Below are positions 8,803-17,420 of a stretch of DNA of 64,000 bases, in pieces. Position numbers and translations under genes: made by a program. The DNA is from a virus: positions 1-64,000 of IMG/VR virus record IMGVR_UViG_3300045988_162524; one strand, 5' to 3'. The notes under the pieces were generated by a model. It was not told the origin of the DNA. It worked only from the letters and a program-made list of their open reading frames with translations, and ran no database searches. The first letter of the stretch is position 1, and each line of letters starts with the position of its first letter.

Positions 8803-10800
8803 ATGGCAATTCTATCAAATGGTAAATTTTCAGGATTCCTGTGTTCCATAAGGGACACAGGTAAAAAACTCAAAGACGGTGCAGCCGTTATGGTTGAAGA
8901 TTTTCTTTCCGGATTCAATGGGTACGGATGGAAATTGTGGAAGAAAAGTAATCTTTGGAGACTTGAAATCGACGAGCTTCTTGTTCGCAAATCATTCACA
9001 ACCTTTGAACATATCATATCACAAATAACTTCCATTAGGGGAGGACAAACAATAAGTCAAGGGCACGCTAAAATAAAGGCTGTAACAATAATTGAAGCAG
9101 ACGTATATAGAGAGAATGATGGAGAGGAAACTATCACCCAAGAGCAATGTTATCGCTTGGAAATAGACGATGAATCAAATTCTATTGTAGAATATGATTT
9201 TGTACAATGTTTAAAAGGCGATAGACAATACTTGGTTCAAGTTGGAAGTGTCTTTCAATACTATATTAATATTCCTATAACCGAGTTTGATTCAGATGCA
9301 GAAACGGGTGAAGTATTAAATGCTCCACAAGCAGGAGATGAAATTGTTCAATTTGGGAATGCATCACACCAAGATAAATATAAAAACAGACATTCTGCCC
9401 TTTATCTCCATGTAGATGAGGATGAACCTGCTATAGATCTTATGACCAATATATATTCTAAAGATTGGTCTAATGCTATAAAAGTTCGTATAGGAGGAAA
9501 TTTACCCGGTACTGACGGTGATAGAGGATTTTACAGCGTAAATGGGAAAATAATTTCTGTTGATGAAAACAATGATATAGTATATGAGATCAATCCTGAT
9601 GGTTCAGGATATTTCGCTAGAGGAAAATTCTCATGGACTAAAGATGGTTCTCCTAAATTTTCAGGGACTATTTTGTTGCAGATAGATGAAAATAATGTTT
9701 GGGAAGTTACCGAAGCTGGCGAAAATATTATTGGGAACAAAGATGGGAAAAGAATAGTAATAAGCCCTGTTAGTCAAGATATTAAAGTTTTTGATGATAG
9801 TAATAATAATGTCCTTTCTATCGAAGGTTCTAATAGAAATGATATAAGCGATTTTTTTGGTGGTACTCCTCCAACTATAACTGTCAAGAATATCCCATTT
9901 TCTATTGTAGCAACAGTTACAAGAGCGGAAATGACTGTTACAGAAGGGTTTTATACTAATACATTGATGAATCTTTCCGTAGAATTTAATTATAATTATT
10001 CACAATATTCAGAAAGTTCAGCTTCGGGTAACATTTCAGGAACTTTATATCTTGATAATTTTTCAGATTCTTCTTATAGCAACTATCAGAATAGCAGTGT
10101 TATAGCATCATTTAATGTAGATGTTACGGGAACAGGAACTTTTGTTGTAAGAAATACTACTACTATAGAAAAAGGTTATCATACTCTTAGATTCCTTATA
10201 TTAAAAGACAGATCTGTCACCAGTTTTTCAATTAGCTCTTTAAATGTTGAATTTGTTATTGATTCTTATTTAGCTAGTTTATTTGCTAATGGTATTGTAT
10301 TAGGTTCTTCTACAAACAATCTTTTTTATGCAATAAATAAACAACCTAATCCATCGCTTAATATTAAAAATCTATTTTTTGGAGTTATGAATGATTTTTC
10401 AGGGCTGAAAATAGATACATCGGGGTCTTACTCTAAAATAAATGGTCATTGGGGACTTTTACCTTCATTAATTGCCTATGGCGTTGTGTGGGGTGGAAAT
10501 ACCCCTACTTATAAAGCTATAAAAACTTTTGATGGAAGTTCCTTTCCTGCTGCTACTCGAATAGGAGAAGGTGTTTATAGAATTAACTTTCCTACTTCAT
10601 GGAGAAGTCTTAATATAAGTGCTACAAATGCATACGTTATGTTGACGGGAATAGGTTTTAGTATAGGTACTGGAGCCACAGATGCACCAATTAAAGCAAC
10701 TTTTAAAGGATGGATTACTAACGGCTTTGATGTATGGCTATCAGATGATTCAACTGTTAATGATGGTGATTTTGCTTTTGAATTAAAATGGTTAGGGTGA
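8803..10800 (+). CDS. tail fibre / baseplate-associated structural protein
   Basis: 665-aa ORF, last gene of the fibre cluster, Ser/Asn/Thr/Gly-rich. Its TGA stop is followed directly by a strong hairpin. Confidence 0.55.
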   Translation: MAILSNGKFSGFLCSIRDTGKKLKDGAAVMVEDFLSGFNGYGWKLWKKSNLWRLEIDELLVRKSFTTFEHIISQITSIRGGQTISQGHAKIKAVTIIEADVYRENDGEETITQEQCYRLEIDDESNSIVEYDFVQCLKGDRQYLVQVGSVFQYYINIPITEFDSDAETGEVLNAPQAGDEIVQFGNASHQDKYKNRHSALYLHVDEDEPAIDLMTNIYSKDWSNAIKVRIGGNLPGTDGDRGFYSVNGKIISVDENNDIVYEINPDGSGYFARGKFSWTKDGSPKFSGTILLQIDENNVWEVTEAGENIIGNKDGKRIVISPVSQDIKVFDDSNNNVLSIEGSNRNDISDFFGGTPPTITVKNIPFSIVATVTRAEMTVTEGFYTNTLMNLSVEFNYNYSQYSESSASGNISGTLYLDNFSDSSYSNYQNSSVIASFNVDVTGTGTFVVRNTTTIEKGYHTLRFLILKDRSVTSFSISSLNVEFVIDSYLASLFANGIVLGSSTNNLFYAINKQPNPSLNIKNLFFGVMNDFSGLKIDTSGSYSKINGHWGLLPSLIAYGVVWGGNTPTYKAIKTFDGSSFPAATRIGEGVYRINFPTSWRSLNISATNAYVMLTGIGFSIGTGATDAPIKATFKGWITNGFDVWLSDDSTVNDGDFAFELKWLG

Positions 10801-10804
10801 CAAC

Positions 10805-10828
10805 AAAGGGAGCAATTAAGCTCCCTTT
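10805..10828. terminator. bidirectional terminator hairpin between convergent genes
   Basis: aaagggagc-aattaa-gctcccttt: 9-bp stem flanked by A-rich and T-rich runs, between stop 10800 (+) and stop 10832 (-). Confidence 0.7.
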
Positions 10829-10831
10829 CAT

Positions 10832-11305
10832 TTAGTACATCTTCTCCATATTGGATAGCCTTGGTTTCTTATTCACTGCCTTATTTTGCTTATAAGGTTT
10901 CTCCTTTGCTTTCTTAGCTTTTTGTTCCGCTTCTAGCTCTGATTTTAAGGCTAGGATTTCGGACTTGCGATAACCAATCTTACGATTCTTAAAAATAACT
11001 TGCTCAATTCCTTTAGCATCCATGAGACGCTTAAATCCAACTCTATTGTTAGAGAAATTAAGGACACGCATACTTTCATCATAGTTCATAACATCGGTAG
11101 GACGAATATATTCCGTATTAACCTTTTCAAGAGAATTAATCGCAGAGGCAATCTCCGTCTCGTTACAATCCTCACTGAATATAGCCCAAATCTTTTCAAA
11201 TAAGGTCTCAAACAGCCAACGTTTAATAGGACTTAGTTTGGACAACTCATCTTTGACTGAATCAAATAAGTCTGATTTCAACTTTTCAATTTTCTTCGCT
11301 ACCAT
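10832..11305 (-). CDS. putative DNA-binding protein (excisionase/MerR-like HTH)
   Basis: Start moved to ATG 11305 (MVAKKIEKL). ...FKRLMDAKGIEQVIFKNRKIGYRKSEILAL is HTH-like; Lys-rich tail. Confidence 0.45.
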   Translation of the reverse strand: MVAKKIEKLKSDLFDSVKDELSKLSPIKRWLFETLFEKIWAIFSEDCNETEIASAINSLEKVNTEYIRPTDVMNYDESMRVLNFSNNRVGFKRLMDAKGIEQVIFKNRKIGYRKSEILALKSELEAEQKAKKAKEKPYKQNKAVNKKPRLSNMEKMY

Positions 11306-11672
11306 AATTTTTCTTTTGATTTTTAATCCTACGTATTTTAGTAAAATAACGAATACCAAGATAAATAGTAATTGCGATACTGATAGCCCAAGTTGTTGAT
11401 ACAACAAACAGATATATTTCTGCGGTTGGCATAATATTGAATGTGTTATCAATACAGGAAATAGTGTCAGTAGCCATTAGGTTGATTGGTATCGCTCTTG
11501 CATACCTGCAATGATATCTACCTTCATCACAAGCCAATCTGTATAGACAGTAATCCAATAGAACTACATAGCCATCAAATGTTATTAATATTCCATTCCA
11601 AGCGAAATAGAATACAACAAGCAAATAAATAGCCATTCCAAATATTGTTGCTCTAACTATTACCTTTTCCAT
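11286..11672 (-). CDS. membrane protein
   Basis: 128 aa with three hydrophobic helices and a Cys-rich loop. Confidence 0.5.
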   Translation of the reverse strand: MEKVIVRATIFGMAIYLLVVFYFAWNGILITFDGYVVLLDYCLYRLACDEGRYHCRYARAIPINLMATDTISCIDNTFNIMPTAEIYLFVVSTTWAISIAITIYLGIRYFTKIRRIKNQKKNYGSEEN

Positions 11673-12366
11673 TATTCATCCAATTATCAACCAAATATAT
11701 ACATAAACTTGCATAAAATTGAGGACAAGAAGCAAATAGAAATGTTATAAATACTTCATAACTACAATATACTTTCCTATTAGTTCTAGCTCCTATTGTT
11801 TTATATACTCCTAAAGATTTCAGTTCTCCTGCTATTTTCCTTTTATTTTTAGTTATAGATATTCCAAGCAAAGACAAAACTCTTTCTCTAAATTCGTTAG
11901 TATTCATTATACCTGTTATATCAATATTATAGTTTGAATTATCAATTATAAAGTTTTTCAAGTCTGTCAAACAGAACATATTATCTTTTTTTGATATTTC
12001 AAATGAGCCTATATAAAATGTTCCATTTTTAAATGAAATAGTAGTATCTACATCATCTCTAAAAATTATATTAAATCCATTTAAAGCAGCCATACCACAT
12101 TTAACCTTGTTAATCATAATGTATTTATGAGACATGAGATTATAAATCCGAACTTCTTCTTCATTTAATTTCTCAATATCACATTCTGATTCGATATTAA
12201 AGATAAAATCATCTAAAACATAATCATCTAAAAAAGTCAAATTAGGATGCTTTTTAGACTTAATTCCTCTTTTATGTGTCTCAATTCTATTTAGTAAGTC
12301 TATAGACTGACCGACATAAGCATATTTGCCTTTATAGACAAAAGAATAAATTCCACTTTGTTTCAT
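11653..12366 (-). CDS. GIY-YIG family endonuclease (free-standing homing-type)
   Basis: MKQSGIYSFVYKGKYAYVGQSIDLLNRIETHKRG matches the GIY...YxGQS...R..H pattern. Start set at ATG 12366, which lies 22 nt downstream of a TATATTTG box. Confidence 0.75.
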   Translation of the reverse strand: MKQSGIYSFVYKGKYAYVGQSIDLLNRIETHKRGIKSKKHPNLTFLDDYVLDDFIFNIESECDIEKLNEEEVRIYNLMSHKYIMINKVKCGMAALNGFNIIFRDDVDTTISFKNGTFYIGSFEISKKDNMFCLTDLKNFIIDNSNYNIDITGIMNTNEFRERVLSLLGISITKNKRKIAGELKSLGVYKTIGARTNRKVYCSYEVFITFLFASCPQFYASLCIYLVDNWMNNGKGNS

Positions 12367-12387
12367 AAACGATAAATTTGTAATATG

Positions 12388-12395
12388 CAAATATA
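12388..12395 (-). promoter_or_regulatory. -7 promoter box TATATTTG
   Basis: Reverse complement of caaatata, 22 nt upstream of ATG 12366. Confidence 0.5.
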
Positions 12396-12510
12396 ATATA
12401 TATAATTGAATAATCCAAATTTATCTTATTTGTTTTTATTCTTAACTGCGATTACAATCTTCTCGGTAAATAATCCCGGAGCTTTATACCTCAATTGAGG
12501 CTTTACAGGT

Positions 12511-12840
12511 TCATTGCCCTTTTGCGCACGTACAACCTTCGTGTTTGTTTTGACACGAATCGCCTTCTTCGCCATATTCTAATTCAAGTATTAGTTGACA
12601 ATAATGAATAACTTTCTTTATATCTTCTGCTCCATTCTTGTTCTTATGCCGACATAGATACTTTATGCAATTACCCTCCATAAAAGGTATATCATTTGCA
12701 TATATAAACTCAACAGGTTCTATTGCTAGTTTTTTGTAATGCGAACCTCCCTCTTGGGTATTTAATGCGCTAATTGCCTTATTTATTTCAATCGGAATAG
12801 CTTCTAACCCATGTGGTCTTGCATCATCTTCCATCTTCAT
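12511..12840 (-). CDS. DUF3310-like protein
   Basis: GGSHYKKLAIEPVEFI...GNCIKYLCRHKNKNG matches the pattern remembered for the DUF3310 phage family. Confidence 0.6.
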   Translation of the reverse strand: MKMEDDARPHGLEAIPIEINKAISALNTQEGGSHYKKLAIEPVEFIYANDIPFMEGNCIKYLCRHKNKNGAEDIKKVIHYCQLILELEYGEEGDSCQNKHEGCTCAKGQ

Positions 12841-13504
12841 GCTCTTTAAACCATTCGTTCATTAATTCTACATATTTTTCTCCTATAGCAACGTCCTGCA
12901 TGAAAGCTTCATCTTCAAGAGTCTCTGGCAACAATGGTCTATTTGCCAAATCTTCAAATAGTTGTTCTCTTCTTTTAGTAATATAGGCAGAAAGATCAAA
13001 ATAATATGATTCGTCTGTAAAGCATAAACAGGGTGTTAATAGAATATCCATTGTCGCTATTAGCCGATTGTCATATAATTTTCTTAGTCCATCTGACAAA
13101 GTGCCTTCTTGATCTAATTTTTTACATTTAAGAATAAAATCTAACTGTCCATATAAAGTTTGGCATATAGGTTTTACAAAAAAAACAAAACCTTGCTGTT
13201 CGTATGCAATTCCTGTTGTAAATCTTGAAATCTTAAATGACCCATAATCATACTCTTCGAGTAAATCCTCCTCACGTACAAAGATTCTAGTTGGAACTAC
13301 ATCGTATTGTCCTTTTAAAGATATGATTTCGTCCATTATAGAGTCGAAGAAATGCGCATCCTTACATTGGGATTTAAGTAATGCTATCTTTTCGTCAAGC
13401 TTACTTTTCAGCTTTGCTTTTTCTTCCTCTATTATTTGTTTGTCTGTTTTCTTGACCACTTCTTCTTTCTGATTCTCCATCATTTCCAATTTCTTCATGT
13501 CCAT
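12824..13504 (-). CDS. hypothetical protein
   Basis: 226-aa ORF. Its start region overlaps the upstream ORF by ~100 nt, so the start is uncertain. Confidence 0.5.
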   Translation of the reverse strand: MDMKKLEMMENQKEEVVKKTDKQIIEEEKAKLKSKLDEKIALLKSQCKDAHFFDSIMDEIISLKGQYDVVPTRIFVREEDLLEEYDYGSFKISRFTTGIAYEQQGFVFFVKPICQTLYGQLDFILKCKKLDQEGTLSDGLRKLYDNRLIATMDILLTPCLCFTDESYYFDLSAYITKRREQLFEDLANRPLLPETLEDEAFMQDVAIGEKYVELMNEWFKEHEDGR

Positions 13505-14009
13505 TTTCCTCCTCTTTATTTGTTTCTTCTTTTAAATCTTCTTCAAAGGTTATAGGCTGACGCTTATAATTTTTCATGTTGTTCTTAAATTCATTTCTGC
13601 TAATTTGTTCTTTAATGCAAACATTGAAGAAATATTTTTTAAGATCATCATTCGTCATGCCATTAAGGTATTCTTCATCATCAGATGTTCTGGAAGAGAT
13701 GAAATCTATAATATCCTTTTTATTTTCCACGGCAGGGATAAATTCATCTTTCAAATATTCATAGGGATATATCTCCACAAGTTCATGTGCTATACCTAAT
13801 CCCGGCAATGTTTTTGTTACATTTACCTCATTCCATGCGAAAAAATCATGATATGCAAGAGCATAGTCCATGTGTCCATTTTTTCTTAAAATCTTAACAA
13901 TCGCCCTAGCCCATACCTGTTCTTTGTCGTTGGGTTCAGGAAGAGATGAAACGCCACTATACATTAGCATCTCCAACAATGATTCTTCTGTTCTGCTTTT
14001 AGTTCTCAT
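13401..14009 (-). CDS. hypothetical protein
   Basis: 202-aa ORF with a charged, low-complexity C-terminal tail. Confidence 0.5.
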   Translation of the reverse strand: MRTKSRTEESLLEMLMYSGVSSLPEPNDKEQVWARAIVKILRKNGHMDYALAYHDFFAWNEVNVTKTLPGLGIAHELVEIYPYEYLKDEFIPAVENKKDIIDFISSRTSDDEEYLNGMTNDDLKKYFFNVCIKEQISRNEFKNNMKNYKRQPITFEEDLKEETNKEEENGHEEIGNDGESERRSGQENRQTNNRGRKSKAEK

Positions 14010-14566
14010 TATTTTTTAAATATTAAATAGTTGAAATTTATTTTATATACAGCACTATTTTTATAAATTCCTACGCCTCCTCCAAAAGCTATATTTTTAG
14101 GAGTAACAAACAGGAGATTAACGCTTGGGATTACATTCCCATCAAATGTTGTAATATCAGCTCCGATATATCCTTTCCAAGCATCTTTATAAACGGTGTT
14201 AGTTGTAGTATTCGTTACGGTTTTATATTCTATTTTATTGAATACGTTTATTTTATCCAAACTTGGATTAACACCAGAAATCCAAGCTTCATATTTTCCT
14301 GTCTCGGAATAATATTTCTCCTCAATAGGAAGATTCACATTGGTTGAGTCATTGACATAAACAATCAAAGTATCTATTACTTTTTTATATTTATATATCG
14401 GTTTCTCTATTGTCAATGTGTCCCATTTAGTAATATAAAAGGTATCTGTTGTATGAACTGTTTCAATATGAGTTTTCCTGTTAGCTAAAAAAGAGGTAAC
14501 AATCCATACTAAACAGATACCGATTATAATATATGGACTATATGTTTTAATCCACTTCCTCATCAA
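14009..14566 (-). CDS. membrane-anchored beta-rich protein
   Basis: N-terminal TM helix YIIIGICLVWIVTSFL, then a beta-strand-like Tyr/Thr/Asn-rich region. Confidence 0.5.
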   Translation of the reverse strand: MMRKWIKTYSPYIIIGICLVWIVTSFLANRKTHIETVHTTDTFYITKWDTLTIEKPIYKYKKVIDTLIVYVNDSTNVNLPIEEKYYSETGKYEAWISGVNPSLDKINVFNKIEYKTVTNTTTNTVYKDAWKGYIGADITTFDGNVIPSVNLLFVTPKNIAFGGGVGIYKNSAVYKINFNYLIFKK

Positions 14567-15116
14567 TTTCTCGTGCTAAATCATTCCTTATCTGTAAAAG
14601 CTTATTTACAGCCTTCAATGCTTCGGTTGATAAAGCCAAAGGGTTTATTTTATCTAATCCCATAGAGTCCAAAATAGACAATTCTCTTTCTTTATATTTA
14701 TTAGATTTTTTCGAGTTATCATTATCTCCAATGCCTAGTTCTTTCATTATTTTTTCAAGCATACTATCTGAAAGAACTTTTTCGCAAATTACAGGCTTGA
14801 AATCCTTTAGACTCTTTATAATTTCATCAAAATTGACTTCTTCCCATTCTCCATTTTGATAAGCTTTGGCTTTTAATTTGGGCTTCTCATTTTTAAACTC
14901 ATCTTCAAAAACGTCTTTCCTTCGAAAATAATCACTAGGCGAATCATTGAACCAATGTAGGAAAGTTGAAAACTCATTTACTCCATTTTTAAATCTTATA
15001 ATTTCATATTCCCCTTTAACACCGACACCTATAAGAAATCCAACAATTCTTAATTGAGCTTCATTTGTGTAGCCGATTTCATAAACATGTTTTTTTACTT
15101 CTTCTAATGTTCTCAT
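14547..15116 (-). CDS. hypothetical protein
   Basis: 189-aa ORF in a co-directional array. Confidence 0.55.
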   Translation of the reverse strand: MRTLEEVKKHVYEIGYTNEAQLRIVGFLIGVGVKGEYEIIRFKNGVNEFSTFLHWFNDSPSDYFRRKDVFEDEFKNEKPKLKAKAYQNGEWEEVNFDEIIKSLKDFKPVICEKVLSDSMLEKIMKELGIGDNDNSKKSNKYKERELSILDSMGLDKINPLALSTEALKAVNKLLQIRNDLAREIDEEVD

Positions 15117-15127
15117 AATTATTTTTT

Positions 15128-15577
15128 TTAAATTTCTAATGCATCTGTTTGACCTTTGATATTTTTCAATTTGAAAGAAGCCATAATGTATGGAGATCCA
15201 CCATACAATTTGTCATCTGACGGTTCAATAGCTTCAATTAAAATAAATGTAACTTTACGTTTTCTAATGTTGTCCCAATATTGTATTTTCCCTTTGCTTA
15301 GAAAATCAACGAATGAGTGATATGTCTTTCTTCTATCGTTTCCTATAAATATGCATGTAAAAGTCAAATCAGTATTTTCTCTAATAGGAGTAGAGTTCTG
15401 ATATACTTGAAGTTCATCTGTCTCTGCAAATTCTTCGGTATATACAGATTTTATTTTTCCATAAGAATCAAGACCAGAAAATTCTTTGTAAATCAAACCG
15501 GGGAAATCTACTTCCAAATCTTTTTCCGGCTCACCGAGAATATCGACTCTACGCATATAGCATTTATAATCAGACAT
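15128..15577 (-). CDS. hypothetical protein
   Basis: 149-aa ORF. A vague resemblance to small phage tail proteins is not supported by context. Confidence 0.5.
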   Translation of the reverse strand: MSDYKCYMRRVDILGEPEKDLEVDFPGLIYKEFSGLDSYGKIKSVYTEEFAETDELQVYQNSTPIRENTDLTFTCIFIGNDRRKTYHSFVDFLSKGKIQYWDNIRKRKVTFILIEAIEPSDDKLYGGSPYIMASFKLKNIKGQTDALEI

Positions 15578-16100
15578 TGGCTACCTCCTTTTCGTCTATA
15601 TATCTTTTAATTATCACTTTATCTTTATCTATATCACCTGTTATGAATGGTTCTCCTCCATAAACAAAAAGATATACCTTGCTGTTTTCGCCTACTTTAA
15701 TATCCAAATAGGTATTTCCAGCAACGTATATCTCGCATATATGATTAGGTTTAATATCTAAGGTTGTTTTAGATTCTAAGATACAAAGCAATGTTGTGTC
15801 TACATAAAACTCATCTTTGTCATAATTACAAAGCATTGTACTTGTATAGCAACCTCTTTTTTTATTCTCATACTCACATATATATTTACCATTTATGTAA
15901 GCTTTGAATTTGTCACTAATAAAAACAGGACTAAGCCCCCATCCTTCGGAAAGAGACTTAGCCATGTACTTTATAGAGTTTACATCGCAAGCAAGCTCAA
16001 ATAATTGCTTTTTGCTTTTATTATCATCCCATAGATTTGTGTAATTGTCACACAAACCTTTTGCGATTGCATTATTTTTAAATTGCTTTAAATCTATCAT
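15570..16100 (-). CDS. hypothetical protein
   Basis: 176-aa ORF, with a TATATTTG box 20 nt upstream. Confidence 0.55.
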   Translation of the reverse strand: MIDLKQFKNNAIAKGLCDNYTNLWDDNKSKKQLFELACDVNSIKYMAKSLSEGWGLSPVFISDKFKAYINGKYICEYENKKRGCYTSTMLCNYDKDEFYVDTTLLCILESKTTLDIKPNHICEIYVAGNTYLDIKVGENSKVYLFVYGGEPFITGDIDKDKVIIKRYIDEKEVANV

Positions 16101-16119
16101 TACTGCCTCATATTTGGGA

Positions 16120-16127
16120 CAAATATA
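16120..16127 (-). promoter_or_regulatory. -7 promoter box TATATTTG
   Basis: Reverse complement of caaatata, 20 nt upstream of ATG 16100. Confidence 0.45.
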
Positions 16128-16137
16128 AATATAAATA

Positions 16138-16614
16138 TCAACTATTCAAAATTTTTATAGCTTTTTCAACATCACGTTTAGATATACCACGAAGAGCATG
16201 AGTTTTTATGAAATGTTTCTTTTGAGAAAGTAACATATCTGAATCATCATCAAGGATTACATAATTAATTACATCTTCATGTTCCCATAACCAGCGGTCT
16301 ATTTCTATACCACGACATAGACCATAATGTTTTTCTCTATTTCCATGTTTGAAGCCGTACATTCTTGAAGTAATACCTACGATATATTCAGGATATGGAA
16401 AAGGATTATGACCATAAACTGTTTCTTGCGTTGTAATAGCTTCAATAGTCTGTTCCAATGTATATCTTCTCCAAGAAGAGGATATAACAATTTTAGCTCC
16501 GGTCGCATCGCAAATCTGTTTGACTAGCTCAACCTTTTCATTATCAATAGTCCAATTACTTTTCAGTGTGGTTATAACACCGTCAAAATCAAGAAAAACG
16601 ATCTTATTCATCAT
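16138..16614 (-). CDS. HAD-superfamily phosphatase
   Basis: FLDFDGV (DxDxV motif I), VISSSWRRY, ILDDDSD (motif IV). Confidence 0.65.
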   Translation of the reverse strand: MMNKIVFLDFDGVITTLKSNWTIDNEKVELVKQICDATGAKIVISSSWRRYTLEQTIEAITTQETVYGHNPFPYPEYIVGITSRMYGFKHGNREKHYGLCRGIEIDRWLWEHEDVINYVILDDDSDMLLSQKKHFIKTHALRGISKRDVEKAIKILNS

Positions 16615-16759
16615 ATTCCTTTTTAAAAATGAAAGCTACTTTTTTAATTCCCTTTACTGTTTCTACTAATTCCCAACCATCTGCCCCATAATTATTTAGT
16701 TCATAGGAAGGAAAATTATCTAAATAATATTCTTTTACCAAGTATTTAAATCTTTTCAT
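16601..16759 (-). CDS. small protein (DUF4177-like)
   Basis: 52-aa ORF below the track cutoff: MKRFKYLVKEYYLDNFPSYELNNYGADGWELVETVKGIKKVAFIFKKEYDDE. Fills the gap between neighbours with short overlaps. Confidence 0.4.
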
Positions 16760-17150
16760 AATCAAAATTATTAGTTTTAACTCTATTAATACAATCGGCA
16801 GCCCAACCTACAATATATGCACAAGTCTCATCCTCTCCTATATCAAAACCCATAGACATTCCTAAATCCTTGTGTATGGCGGTAGCTACATGCAATGCTT
16901 CGTGTGCTATTTCTCTTACAGTCATATATTCCTTTTTATGAAAGGCAACACATACTCCATAATCTCCATTTACATAATAAGTACATCTGAAAGTTATTGC
17001 TTTATTATTGTCAAATTCTTCTTGTGAAATTCCTTTATCACATTCCCTATTTGTAAAATGCTGATTTAAAAATAAAGCTGAATCCGTTATAACTACATAT
17101 AACTTTCTCGGATATATGTGATTTACAAAACAATGTTCTTTATTCTTCAT
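16746..17150 (-). CDS. small HExxH metallopeptidase-like protein
   Basis: IAHEALHVATAIH...GEDETCAYIVG. Paralogous architecture to ORF 56886-57299. Confidence 0.55.
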   Translation of the reverse strand: MKNKEHCFVNHIYPRKLYVVITDSALFLNQHFTNRECDKGISQEEFDNNKAITFRCTYYVNGDYGVCVAFHKKEYMTVREIAHEALHVATAIHKDLGMSMGFDIGEDETCAYIVGWAADCINRVKTNNFDYEKI

Positions 17151-17406
17151 CTTCTAACAATTTAGAAATAAATATATCTTTTGCCTTAATCATAATATCA
17201 GTCGGTATATCAAATCTAGTCATTTCTGACATGTAATTCCATGCATCTGCGACCTTTGCTATAAGATCATCTTCCACTATGGCTAATGCTCCATACGCTT
17301 TGCCAATAGACACCGCTAAAGATACATATCCTGTTGTGTCCATCCTCTCATTTTTATTCAAATCTAAAGTATTATCCTCGATATACTTTTTTGCTTTTTC
17401 ATTCAT
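17140..17406 (-). CDS. hypothetical protein
   Basis: 88-aa ORF, tightly packed. Confidence 0.5.
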   Translation of the reverse strand: MNEKAKKYIEDNTLDLNKNERMDTTGYVSLAVSIGKAYGALAIVEDDLIAKVADAWNYMSEMTRFDIPTDIMIKAKDIFISKLLEDEE

Positions 17407-17420
17407 AATAATATTATTCT

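Noticed and set aside
15128-15577. Distal-tail-protein-like call for this ORF, which would make 10.8-16 kb a structural block
   Set aside because: The resemblance is only a vague alternation of strands. The neighbours are a HAD phosphatase, a primase-helicase and DNA-binding proteins. It is left as hypothetical.
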